NCBI GenBank assembly: GCA_038496445.1
Contig: JALMLS010000640.1
Coordinates: 95,135 to 159,134, forward strand
Source: Trichosphaerium sp. ATCC 40318
Taxonomy: Eukaryota > Protista > Tubulinea
Length of the DNA stretch: 64,000 nucleotides
Direction: 5' to 3'
In this document: positions 1-12,628 of the stretch, piece by piece
Numbering within the stretch: the stretch's first letter is position 1
Layout of the letters: each line of letters starts with the position of its first letter
The notes under the pieces: generated by a model
Seen by the model: the letters and a program-made list of their open reading frames with translations, nothing else
What the model was told of the DNA's origin: nothing
Database searches by the model: none
Translations under genes and position numbers: made by a program

Positions 1-34
1 CCTATATAGCACGTTGCGGGAACCATACATCCGT

Positions 35-58
35 TTAGTTAGTTAGTTAGTTAGTTAG
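35..58 (+). repeat. (TTAG)6 microsatellite
   Basis: Six perfect TTAG units read directly. Confidence 0.9.
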
Positions 59-188
59 ATGAGAAAAACGAAGTATGTTCAACCATTAATGTGCCACTAT
101 ACTCATTGAAAACAAGAACAATAGTTTTTATTAGTCTATGGGTCTGATTATCTGTTCTTGTCAAGTTTTCGTAAAGGGATGCAACTTT

Positions 189-1071
189 TTAGCAAGTTGG
201 ATTTCCGCAATACTGGTTTCCTGCATCAAAGCATGTGTGCGTATTACAACCACAAGGTACGATCTTGTCATGATTAGGAACATTTCCATTACAGCAATTT
301 ATATTAAGGGCCATACATGCCACCACAGCTCTGTTGCATCTGTAACAAGAAAAAGACTGTTAAAAAAAATCACGTGACAACAAAAAAAGCGTACGCTCTG
401 CATGAGCTACTACCCCAAACCCAACTTACTGCCGTACATCCATGAGTTGCATAGCATTCATCATGAACAGCACAACAAGGTGTAGTACAGACAGTATCAG
501 GGAAACTGTCGCATCCAGGTTCATCACGTTTTTTCGATTTTGGCAAAGTGCCTTTGTATTGCTCTTTTCTAAAAGTGACAACGTACTCTATCAACAAAAA
601 CAAAAGGGTAAGAAAACGAATGTCGTACGGGAGGACAATTCTAAAAAAACAGTACCATTACTACATCCTTCGGTTACCGCGCAAATGGTTTTGTAAATTG
701 GTTCAAGAACACCTGTAATCAAGTCGAGTTCTAGAAGACTTGTTTGAGTTTCAACTCCGGAAGAGGTGAAAGACATTATTTGGTACGTACCCACGTTATT
801 TCTATTAATAGGTACCCAGTCGCGTACAACTTCTCTCCCATCACGTGAGAAGTTATAGGCCATCTTGTACTGTTCTGTCTTGAAACTTGTTGAGAAAACA
901 ACAGAGAGCGAACATCTTTGGTTGCTGCTTGTAATGCTAACTTTAGGAACAGCTTCTACCGAAATTAGTAGCACTAAAAGAGAGGTGTATTAGTAGCTGA
1001 TGCTGTAACTTATTAAGCTTTAGCGTACGTGCTAATAAGGCAAGTGAGACAAAGAGAGATGTTGTTACCAT
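189..1071 (-). CDS. Secreted Cys-rich protein with a C-terminal phospholipase A2-like domain (multi-exon)
   Basis: ATG at 1071 opens a hydrophobic signal peptide (MVTTSLFVSLALLA). Spliced exons give PGCDSFPDTVCTTPCCAVHDECYATHGC, the CCxxHDxCY motif of secreted PLA2, then a Cys-rich tail ending GNQYCGNPTC* at 189. Confidence 0.65.
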
Positions 1072-1495
1072 TGGGGTTTATGTTTTTGTTTAGACAAAAC
1101 ACAAAAAAAAAGATCACCGGTTCACTTTTTTTACACCGGGGTTGGCATCCGACGCAAAATTCTGTGTCATGTGGGTATATCGCATATAGATATGGATAAA
1201 ACTAGCTATTCACAACAAGTACTTATCACGCTACTAAATGATTCACAAACATATCCCATAAATAAATCCCGTGCTTTCTTTTTGTGAGATTGAACTGAGG
1301 TTCAGTTTTTACCCTCAAACGGATTCGTAATACAGCAACCTTGATTTTCTAATAATAAAAGCAAACGATTTCATCAGCTGCAAGGTAATTTCTGATTTGT
1401 AATTATAACAATAAACTGCCAAGGCCACTATGATTGAAAATAGAATTATGATGATTGATTATAATTAGAAGTTTTATTGTACATTTGCTTGATTA

Positions 1496-1778
1496 CTAGA
1501 CGCCGGTGTGTCCTATTGTATAACCTGGTACACAGTACATCTCTTCTACATATTGAAACTTATCTTGATAGTATACAAGTGCTTCACGTAAGATGAGATT
1601 GTCCTTTTGAATATCTTTTATTTCTTTTGTAAGTATTTTCAGTTTAATTGTAAGTTCATTATTTGCTCTTATTATATCTTCGGATGTGTCGCCTTTTACT
1701 ATTGGAATATTTTGTACATTCAAATTAGGATCGTAAATTACTTGCATTGTTGTAGAGTTGTTGTTGAGGTGGTGTGGC
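1496..1778 (-). CDS. Small coiled-coil orphan protein (last exon; 5' exon not resolved)
   Basis: 83-aa ORF with a heptad pattern (NNELTIKLKILTKEIKDIQKDNLILREAL). The frame stays open upstream to a TTTTTCACAG acceptor. Confidence 0.45.
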
Positions 1779-2412
1779 TGTGAAAAATATGACTATTCAT
1801 AGATAGATGTTTGATTGATTTTCTTCGAGTTTCCGTGAATGTGCTTTGCTCGATACATTGTCGCTACAGCACTAAAATGAGTACCAACGTTGTGTTGTAT
1901 CAAAATAAACGGAGTGATTGATGTTTATGGCAGTAGTGATGTTGATTGATCATGATGTGATTAAAAACAATCAATCTCGTTGATTGATATTAACAAAACA
2001 ATAATTTAGTTGATTGATAGGCAACAAAAGGTTGATACCCTATCTGTCCAAGCAACAAACACAAGCACTGCAAAACAAGTGATGGTGAAACACTCTTGTG
2101 GTGCTACAACCGTTACAGTTCGAGAAAAAACATTAAGCTAATATGCGTATATTTTGCTATTTATCCTCTTGGATGCAACAAGCGTATTGAAGTAAATACA
2201 TTAAAGAACGATATCTTATTATAATTTTACTTTATTTACAACTCAATCACGAAGTTCTGTACATTTCATTTCATTTGTTGTTCAAATCATTTAAATTTTT
2301 TTCAAATATAAACGATGCTGTAACTTTGTTCCATCCATGATGTTTATGGCAATGATATCATAGTTCATAAATGTCATGATAGTTTTCTACTGTTAAAGAG
2401 AATACGCGGAAG

Positions 2413-5000
2413 TTATCTTAAACTCCATACCCTTATTGTCCTGTCGTCTGATGCAGACACAAAAAAAGTTGGGTTTGAAGTTGTTGAAGCAACATGACTG
2501 ACAGGTCCTGTGTGACTGTCTAATTTATGCAAAAGTCTTCCTGTACGTTTATCCCATACATGTACACGTGAATCTTCGCTTCCAGATATAACAAGGCTTT
2601 CTCTTGGACCAGCAAAACAAGATCTAATTACAAAACGTCCTTGACGCATACCAGCAAATTTTTGAATAACACAATGATTTTTGAGATCGTATAGAGTTAT
2701 TTCTTGAATCTAATAGAAGAAGTAAGTACCTAAAACCTAACAAAAATAATACAGAGAACCACAGGCTCAAAATCGACGAGTAAAAAAAATTAAGCAAGAA
2801 CTTTTTTGCAGCGTAATTTTCTGATTTTTTTCTTATTTTCTTTCGTTCTTGAAACGTACTGGAAATACGCCAACGTGAGGTGTTGATCTTGTGGTCATAT
2901 TCAAAAGAGCGTGATCACCACTACTAGAAATACAAAATGATGTCATTGTAGCCCAACCTATCTCCTGACTGTGTAATTCTTTATCTGATGCCAAATTATA
3001 AAAGTTTAGATGCTTTGTTTGACAAGCCACTATTAATGTGCTACTGATAGGATTTATATGAAGATCGTGTACTATCCCAGTAATCCTATAAAAATCATTT
3101 GTACATAACAAAGTGAAATAATCAGGTATGCCGATGAAGCATCGGTTGGAGTAAAACAACAACAAAAAAAATAAAAGATTTTACAAGAGTTACTGATGCA
3201 CATCTACTGTATATCGAAAATTTAGACTACAGTTGACAAACTTGAAATACTATTATCAATACTTTAAAAAAACGTACCAGCTTCTGAGTATGTTTCCGTG
3301 AATGTCAACCAAATAGATCTAAAAAAAATCCACTAAGTAAAACAGTTTTTGTTATTTTTTTTTCCTTTCTTACTTTACTGTCTAGACCAGCAGATACAAA
3401 TTGCAATTTTTTAGGGACCCATGAAGCAGCACTTACTGTATCTTTATGTTTAAATACAGTAAGTATTTTATTTTTCTAAACTCATTGTTAAGAGCACTGT
3501 CGGTATTTTATGAAAATTCAAAAAAAAATATGCAAAAAATTGTCTTGGTTGTCGTACTGCTGTATCCCAAACACAAACATTCCTTCCGCCAACTGTAATT
3601 AAGTACTCACCATTGTAACTCCAATCAAGATAACTAATAGGAAAGTTGTGCCCAACCTAAACAAGTTAGCAAGCACTCAAGAGTAACAACCGATTTTCTG
3701 TCTAAGCAGTCACAGAAAACGTCGAGAATTCTTTTAATCGTGTAATGTATAATGCCGTACAAGGTGTGAGACCATTGAAATATTAGAGCTATCTGTACAA
3801 TTCCATATAATACAAGTTTTATCCTTTGACGCCGAAGCAAAACGTGTTCCATCAGGATTAAACGAAATGTACCAAACTTCATCATCATGACCACGTAGAA
3901 TAGATGTCATGCGCGGAATTGCTTCATATGTACTAGCAGGAGCATCATAAAGTAACCCTGTGACTGAGTCGCCACCATCAAGAGCTAGAGAATCTCATAA
4001 ATGACTTTTCCAAAAAAAGCAAAAAAACTGAGTTTTCAGTGAGATACATGTTACTATTACATACGTGTCCCTACTGATCGTTTAAGAAGCGTCAAAAGTC
4101 TATCAGGATGCACTAATCTAACTCACATTAGCATACGCTGAAGGTACTCAAAATAACACCAGAAAACTCACTTCTCTCTTGGAATACAGCCATGTACTGT
4201 ACTAAGGAGTTCAAGCCTACTGCCTCCTTGTACTCCTGGCCAAACGGCTCTAGCTCTTAAAACTGCACTGTTACTAGCCAAGACATAACTAAGAAGAGTG
4301 TAAGCCTGCCAGGATTACCGAAATAAACTAAAACAGCAAAAAATCTGAATGGCTTCAGAGAAAAAGGAGTTTGTCTGTGTTCTTGTCGCCATGTATACCT
4401 TGACATCTCTTTTATCACTGGTTGAGTAGCATACGGTGTTACCATCACTCGTAGAGTTTCTATAGCGTTGGTGATGTCACCAACGTCGAGCAGTTCAAGG
4501 TACATTTCTCTACCGAGGGCTACGCGCAGTTTCTAAGGGACTTGTATGAGTTTTAAACCGAAAAGAGTAAATATAAAGCTCGGTATGTTGTAGCACTGGA
4601 ATTCAAGGATTTGATGCAGTCATAAGCTACTAAATACGCGAAAGAAGAGGTTTTTGACGATGGCAGTGATTTTTTTAATCTTTGATTGTGGTGATTTTGC
4701 AGATCGGAGAAGCGAATAGAGCTAGTTTAGTCATTTAACGTACACGTTCATTTTCGGTGGATAGATTTAGACGTGGGATGAGTGCTTGCGCTTCAGGCCA
4801 CTTTCCTTGTGTTACAGCGGCTTTAAACTGCGTTATCAGCGGGTCTTCAAGTTGTATACTGGCCTGCTTCACCAACAGCTCGGCTGGTTGGTTGTACCCC
4901 ATGGACTGCAGCTGCAACGCTATTATACGAATAACGTCCTGTATGTAAATCGTTAGTACGCATTTTCGCAAGGTATTTGTACGTCTTTGTTGATGTCCAT
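2413..5000 (-). CDS. WDR26: WD repeat protein 26 / GID7 (LisH-CTLH + WD40), CTLH E3 ligase subunit
   Basis: Spliced: MDINKD|[31 protein letters not shown] (LisH); [10 protein letters not shown]...YLELL (CTLH); [10 protein letters not shown]...HPDRLLTLL; WD40 exons ending [11 protein letters not shown]...[11 protein letters not shown]...[14 protein letters not shown]. Confidence 0.88.
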
Positions 5001-5159
5001 GTTCTTTGTACACTGACTGTCAGTACAGCTGATGGTAGGTGTCAAATTGAAGTTAAGAGTTGCTGAAATCGTAACGGCGTCGAATCAAAGGTAGTCTTCT
5101 GTGAGATATTTTTAGACCCAAATTGTAAGAAAAAGAATTTAATAACCGTTTTCGCTACA

Positions 5160-7599
5160 ATGAGTAAAGCTGACGAAAGAAGCGATAAACGCGGGTTCAA
5201 AAAGCGAGCATGGACCCGTTCGCCCAACAAGATTCGCTTGCTCCAAATGTACTGTTACATTAAGATTTAAAACCTTACATTCCGCTCCAGGTACAATACG
5301 AGAGCGAAACGTGATGCTAAGGGCAATGTACTCTACGAAAAATACCAAAGCAAAAGTGTTGATCACGACACAAGAATTGCCCCGGATATTAGGTGGTTTA
5401 CGCCTAGTAGATCGCTCCACCAACAAGACATGGATCGATTTCGAGAAGAACTAAAGAAACAAAGCCAAGACCCGTATACAATTACGCTAAGACAGCGAAA
5501 AGTTCCATATTCGCTCTTACAAGACGCCAAAGCGGTAATGGAATTTAATTACATTTTTTTAATGCTTAATATTGCTCTAGCAAGGCCGTATGCATATTTT
5601 AGAGACAGAATCATTCGAAAATACGTTCGGACCAAGGTCACAACGCAAAAGACCAAAACTAGAGTGTTACGACTTGAAAGAATTAGCAGAAAAGGGAAGC
5701 AGTAAATTTGATGCTTACAACGCTGATGACGACAGAAATATTGAAAGAACACTTGATTATGTTGACGCAGCAAGAGAACCAATTTTTTCAAAGGGAACAT
5801 CAAAACGTCTTTGGACGGAACTGTGGAAGGTTGTAGATTCTTCTGATGTTATTATTCAAGTCATTGATGCCCGTGATCCAGTAGGAACACGTTCATTATC
5901 TCTAGAAAAGAAGGTTAGTGTCAAACAAGACAAATTCTATGAGTTTGCATTCACAGAAACTTGTGTCACTTTTTTTTCCCACAAACACTTCTATCTGCTT
6001 CCCTCTTACTCACCTCATTTTTTAGATTAAAAAAGATAGACCACATAAGCACATTGTATTGTTGCTCAACAAATGTGACTTGGTACCTCCTTCAGTAACC
6101 AAGAGATGGCTTAAAATATTACGCAAAGAGCGCCCTACTGTTGCTTTTCAAGCATCTATTAAGGCACCTTTTGGTAAAGGCGCACTTATTCAAGTATTGC
6201 GTCAATTCGCAAAACTCATGTCACAACCTTCAATTACAGTTGGATTCATTGGTTACCCTAACGTTGGCAAGAGTTCCGTTGTAAATACTCTAAAGCGTAA
6301 AACTGTCTGTTTGGCAGCACCAGTACCAGGACACACAAAGGTACTTGAACATAGGCCCTAACAATACACGCTTAGCGTGTTTAGTTAGCTCGTGTTTTTT
6401 TTTTTCAAGACATTTTTTGATCAATACTCTGTGATTATATTTCGTCCGATCCCCTGATTATTATTGATTATTCAATACGATTGCTGAGAGTTTTAATTTT
6501 TCCATCAAGACCTTTTTTTTTTGGGTTTTTCTGTTTACGTACAACTTGTATTCATCGTGTTATTAGGTTTGGCAATACGTTCGCTTGTTTTCATCAATAT
6601 TTCTTATCGACAGTCCCGGGGTTGTTCTACCAGGCCAGAATTCTGACGCTGATGCTGTATTGCGTGGTGTAGTTCGTGTAGAAAACGTTGAAGAGCCAGA
6701 ACAATATATTCCAGAGCTATTTAAGCGAACAAACCCACGTTATATCGCTGATACTTATGGTGTTACAAAGTACAGAGATCCAGCTCACTTTCTAGAGATT
6801 TATTGCAAACAATGCGGATTTTTGAAAAAGGTACGCAGCTGACTCTGCTTGACATCCATCCTCCATCTGGAATTCTAGCTTTTTTTTTTTCAATCTTTTT
6901 CTTTTTGCCTGTGTTCGCTTTTTCTCAAGTTTTGTCTTAATAGGGAGGTGAACCAAACATTTCTCAAGCCGCTATAAGGATTTTGAGGGATTGGCAACGT
7001 GGTAGAATCCCATATTTTGTTCCTCCACCAGAACCTGCAGAAGGACCAGCTGAAAAACCTCTTGGCCTACTAGACACTGTACGCTTTATAACTTATAATG
7101 AAAACAACAGCACCCAGGCCTTATACTTCTCCTAGGTTGACCAAAAGGTTCAAGAGTTTATTGAAGAGACACTGGATGAAGCAAACGAAGAAAATGAAGA
7201 AGCTGAAGGTGTAGAAGTTGAAAATGACGAAAACGTCGAAGATGAGGATGAAGAAGCTGACACTGAGCAACCAGATAAAAGACCAAAAGCTTTAACTGAA
7301 GATGACCTCCTTGCTGACCCAGAACTTGCTCCTGGACAAGATACCGAAGAACTTGCTCAAAAACATAATTTTACCGACGATGGAACACAAGATGAAGTAG
7401 ATTGGGATACTATTAGCTCTCAATTGTTTGGTGGTGGAGCAAAAGAACCAACTAAGAAAAAAAAAGGAAAGAAGGGCAAAAAAAAAGATACAAAGCGTAA
7501 ACGTACGTTCATCGTTTGGGTTACTCCTCTTTCTTTTTTTTCAACTGTTTTGGATTGTTTCTAAAAGGATTTAGGCGAAAGAAGTCTCACAGGACGTGA
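5160..7599 (+). CDS. NOG2: Nucleolar GTP-binding protein 2 (circularly permuted YlqF/YawG GTPase, 60S biogenesis)
   Basis: NGP1NT region (KGTSKRLWTELWKVVDSSDV), DARDP, NKCDL (G4), GYPNVGKSS (G1), APVPGHTK (G2), IDSPGV (G3), DWQRGRIPYF, then an acidic/basic tail. Head-to-head with WDR26 across about 160 bp. Confidence 0.95.
6426..6491 (+). ncRNA. Intron-encoded box C/D snoRNA (candidate)
   Basis: Inside the ~226-nt NOG2 intron: ACTC terminal stem, C-like box GTGATTA (6431), guide TATTTCGTCCGATCCC, D' CTGA (6454), C'-like TTGATTA, D CTGA (6484), closing GAGT. Confidence 0.7.
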
Positions 7600-7889
7600 A
7601 TCACGTGATAGAAAAGCAAAAAGACAAAAAGAAGCAAATAACTTCCAAGTTGTTGCTAAGAAGCAAAATTTCAAGCCATTTTAAGGCAACAACACGTTGT
7701 ACCATAAAAGAATAAAAAAAATAACGAATTAATGTCTTACTGTCATTTTTGGCGCCATTGTTTGTACTACCACTACGTAACGTAACAGCAAGCCAGCTAA
7801 TTGACAGGACGCACAAGGGGTAGACTACACAAGTACTTTTTTGAATTTGTGACATTTTTTTTCATCAATATCGCTCAATAATTCGATGC

Positions 7890-8808
7890 ATGGACAGCAC
7901 TATGTTCACTGATGAAGTCCCTACAACTACAACAAGCAAAATAACAAAGAGGAAACGAAAACAGAACACCCCTTTGCCAAAGTTAGCTAAAAAGCGTAAA
8001 ACAATAACGCTGACTGCTGTACGCGTATAATTATGAACTGTGTATGTTGGTTTATTTCGTGTAGAGCGATAAAAAACCACAATACGAGCTGTTCTTTAAA
8101 CAACCAGGCGCCCGCGTTTACGCACCTCGTACTCCTTCGGATTTGAAGCGAGTCAAAACAGTACTGGCCACAAAGGCACAAGCGCTCTACAGTGAGCTTA
8201 AAAATACTCTGAATGCACACAACTCTGTACTAGAAGGAGAAAACGAATGGTTAAAAAAAGCCTTGGCGGATGAAAAAAGAATATCAAAAAACCTAAAGAA
8301 AGAACTCAAAGACACTCAAAAACTGGTAAAGGAGTACAGTAGAACAAACTCTAGCAGTGAGGGTATCGAAATACTAACACAACTATTGGATGTACAAACA
8401 GAGTTATCTAATATTGATGCAATTACATCAAGGAAGGAGCGTGAGAAAGCTTATCAAGAAATATCACAATTGGTTTGTGAAAATAAAAATTTAAGAGAAA
8501 CAATAGACGAGCTTAACAAGGCGTTGTCTATTGAGAAACAGCTCTCTAAAGAGATGCCTGATCTACTAGACTTTGCAGAGTATTCACAGGTACAAATAAG
8601 AGATATGAAGGTATTACTAGAAAAGAAGGAGAATGAGAAGTTCAAGATTGGTATTTGTTTATTTGAAGAGAAAAAAAAAGTAAAGACTTTACAAGAGATG
8701 AATATAGCTCAGACAAAAATGATAGAGGCACAAGCAGCTGAGATTAAATCACTTAAAGAGAAGATTGAAGGAAAACCAAAAGTTTTACCCGAGTATACGT
8801 TTTTGTAG
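7890..8808 (+). CDS. Orphan coiled-coil protein with a basic N-terminal NLS-like segment (2 exons)
   Basis: Exon 1 (7890-8018) encodes KRKRKQNTPLPKLAKKRK. A phase-0 intron at 8019-8064 joins it in frame to the 8143-8808 heptad-rich ORF ending LPEYTFL. Confidence 0.7.
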
Positions 8809-8841
8809 AGGAGAGCGAGAGCAAGAGAGCGAGAGAGCGAG
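8808..8841 (+). repeat. GA-rich simple repeat (GAGAGC-like units)
   Basis: gagagcgagagcaagagagcgagagagcgag directly after the stop codon. Confidence 0.7.
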
Positions 8842-9338
8842 TAAGCCGGTTTTGTCAAAAATTTTTGATGGAAGTTTTTTTTTTGTACTCACAACTACCC
8901 GCCCTTCACCACTGACATAACTGGTTTTGTACTTTTAAATAAATAAAAATAAAATCTACAACACAGTAATGTTTTTTTCTGTGTTTGATGATTGTGAATT
9001 GAGTATCACTCAAGTTAAAGACTGTGTTGACTTTTGGCCAGAAATTTTTTTTTGGGTGACATTTTGACTGCAGTTTAACTTGAGTGGTATGCACAATAAC
9101 GTCTTCAGGTTACACAAAATCAAATGGCTGTGCAATAACACGTGATGCTCACGTATTAATAAGTGATCATCGAATAAAACGTTGTGTCATCTAGAAAACT
9201 TTCGGCAAGTCTACGACAGGCTACAATTGTAACACGTGCTTTCACGTGAAACTGAAAATTGTTTCAGTTTTCATTGAAACTAATATTTTTACATAGTTCA
9301 CAACACAAAAACCTCATAATCTCCTGTTGGCAGCATAC

Positions 9339-10232
9339 ATGAGCACACTCAGTCTATGTACGGCTATAATATTGGCTTTTATCTAAATATAGCTTTGTAT
9401 AGCCGTCAGCACTGATATTACACGAGTAGAGAGTATTTTAGGCCTTCCAGCTGAAATAACAGCGCTAATACTATATTTCTGTCCAAAACGTGTTAATGCA
9501 TCTTTAACTTGCTGGCATATTCGTAATATAGTCCACAACCACGTTGGTTACAGCCCCATAGCAATAAAGGACGTTAAGGCGTTTGCATTCCTTCAAAACA
9601 GCCCTTTACTCCGCAATACGCCTGTCGCACGCGCTCCGCTTGGTGGTACAACGGACGCATGTCTAGAGCTAATCGCAGGCATACACTCCATAAATCTTAA
9701 CAGCTGCTTCAAAGTCACCAATAAAGGCGTTGCGGCTCTTGCTGGCGTACATACTATTGATCTGGGGTATTGTAGCAACATTTCCGATGAAGGTGTCAAG
9801 GCTCTCGGAGGTGTACACACGATTAACTTGATGTTCACAAAAGTTACAGATGAAGGGATTAAAGCGTTAAAAGGTGTTTATGATATAAACCTCACTAAAA
9901 CAAGTGTGACACAAGAAGGTTTAAAAGCGATTGCAGGTGTTCATAAGATTAATCTTACTGGCTGTATTGTTACTGATGATGGAATGAAAGAGCTCGCTGG
10001 TGTACATACTATTGTGCTTCAGTATACTAATATTACAGATGAAGGTGTTAAGGCTCTTGCTGGTGTTTATGATATCAATCTTTCTCATTGTGAACATGTT
10101 ACTGATGAAGGTGTTAAAGCGCTTGTAGGTGTTCATACTATTGATGTTACACAGACATGTGTTAATGAAGAAACAATGCAAAAACTTAATGCTGATAATA
10201 ATATGACTAAATTCTATGCGAGGCACATGTAG
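9339..10232 (+). CDS. F-box-like + leucine-rich-repeat protein (VHTIDL..TDEG.KAL.G repeats)
   Basis: ATG at 9339 and a phase-1 45-nt intron (9358-9402) lead into one long exon: ILGLPAEITALIL (F-box-like), TCWHIRNIVHNHVG...SPLLRNT, then about 8 21/22-aa LRRs. The frame is continuous with ORF 9828-10232. Confidence 0.8.
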
Positions 10233-11344
10233 TTTAAAGGAAAATAAAGAAAGGCATCGACAAAAATTGCTGTGATTTTTGCTTTTTGCTCACAGAATTT
10301 GATTAGCAGTTCGTTAACCTTCTACTGTATATGACGTGGCATGTGCTACATGTACCGATGAATTAATGAGTGGTTTTTAAGCCGTCGTGTAGTACAAACA
10401 CCAAATTACAACCATGATAGCAAGTCATGTCTTGGTACCAATGATGCGTTATGTAATTTTAGGTCACGTGTTGCCGTGTAAGGCTCCAGTTGTTAGTACG
10501 CTCTTAGAATAATACCTATATATGTAATAGATTAAATATGGTGGTCATCATATTTAAATAACAAAACAGCACAACATTTTGTTCAGCACGTAAAATGACT
10601 AAAGGTAAAAAAATCGGAAAAAAATAGGAATATAATAATTCTGTAGATATTGTATGTTTTTATTCGAGTTTCTTTTCATACACTCAGTCGTCTGACCTCG
10701 ATCAGACTTTTGTTTGGCTGACTTATAGATGTTCTTAAGTCTGCCCTTACACTTGTGATGATACTGCCTGTAGATAATGTACCAGATGGCAATTCTTGAG
10801 TAGATTGTCAGAATTTCATTGTCCGTAGTGGGAGAGGGTCAGGGAGGTGATTGGGGCCATGCCGCAGGAGTACATACGTATTAGACTATTCATAGATTGA
10901 TTGAGCAACAATTCGCGAATGTTGGGATTTGTTTAGGAATTCTTGTGTTGTGTTTACGGCCACTACACCAGTTTTGTAGTTCAAAGTCAATATTTATGAA
11001 CTATGCATTTAATAATAAGCTGTACATCTACCCTCTTCTTTTGATATCTCTGTAAACACTTGCTGATGAGATTACAATCTTCGGAAGGTTATTCTGTGTA
11101 CTCAAGTCATCTCATTGCAATACACACTCATTCAATCGTACCCAAATGGGATTATTGCACTTCTTTTTTTATCAATAATCCGTGTCAACTCCAGAGATTG
11201 TGAAGCGCTCAAAATTTAGTTACTGTATAACTATTAAGCGCTGGGTTGTTTATTGCCCCAAAACACCACTATTTTCTATTTACAATGTTGCTAAATAAGC
11301 CTGTGCTACTTTTTACAAAGAATGTATCTACTATGCTGACACTT

Positions 11345-12337
11345 TTAAATCCATTCGAATTCTGGCATAGGTTCTTCCTTTTCTTTTTCTTCTTGTTCAT
11401 TTGACATATCAATCACTTTCTGTTGTCGTCTGATCTTCCTTTTCAGCTTCTTGACCTTCGTTTTATAATAATCGTTATTGTTCTCTAGAATCTGTGCTCC
11501 TTTAATTATACTCTTATTTCGTCTTGAAATCATCTGTTTAAGCTGTCGTATTGCCTCTCCCTGCATTATTATTGTGTTGTCTTTCTGCATGTCTCTTTCT
11601 TCCATGACTTTTAAATGCTCCTTTTGTTTCTCAATCTGCTCTAAACAAGCAACATTAAGAGCCTTATGAGCCGCATTCTCCTTCGCATGGTACTCTACAA
11701 GAGAACAGACTTCATTTTCGTGATTAGCTTCAATTTCACGTGCTTCCATTTTTGATAATGCCAACGAGTCGTGTGATTTCTCTAAATGCCACTCAAGCGT
11801 TTCTACGCGCTTTTTAAGCGATTTTTTGGATGCAAGCGCTTTTTGTTTCTGTTTTTCTTGCTGAGCGGCATAATGACGCGTGGCTTCAAGCCTCGCATTA
11901 AGAGCTGTCGCGTAATCGGTGATTTGCTCGATTTTAAACTTATAACCTTCTTCTCTTATTTTAGCCTCTTCTATTTCTTCTTGAAGCGCTGCTATCTTTC
12001 TCTTTACCTTCTTGGCTATTTCAACGTCTGCTGCTTTGATTATACGTTTTAAGTCGCTGATGGACGTGTCATCATCTCTAGACATCCTATTGCGATCGCA
12101 TGTTAGTACTATATAACGCAACGCATTGATGAACTAACCTGATAATTTCAGCGCCATTTTGTTGTCTTGTTCGAGGAATCGCTCTAACAGGCACAAAAGC
12201 CCTTGATGTTGATCCACGAACCTACCGTAAGTGTGCGCTGTTCGGCTTCCCGCGATATTCACAATTATCCTTCTTCTTTTTACTTGAGGATACTGTTCAT
12301 ACTCTCTCGTACGCTTTCTAGTCTCGTTTTCATCCAT
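11345..12337 (-). CDS. Orphan coiled-coil protein with a basic N-terminal NLS-like segment (probably 3 exons)
   Basis: MDENETRKRTRE...KRRR start. Two short GT-AG introns join it to the long coiled-coil ORF ending MPEFEWI. Confidence 0.7.
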
Positions 12338-12628
12338 TTGAGCTGCTAGAGACAGTGCACTAAAAACTTAATGTGGATAAGCGGTATTACAAAATGTAAA
12401 TCAAGTGGGGGCACGTTCCAGCCACTGACAGAACGGTGGAGCGCCGTAGATAGGATACAGCCTTTGTATTAATAGTCACTAGCATGTCTACCTTCCTCAC
12501 GATGACTTCACTCCACCATCAAGCGCACTTTTTCACAAAGTTTTAATTTTATTAAGCTGGTACAATTAAAAAAAAGAGATTTCTCTTCAAAAGGGATCTT
12601 GTTTTGTTTTTTTTTGGGTTTGCTCTTT

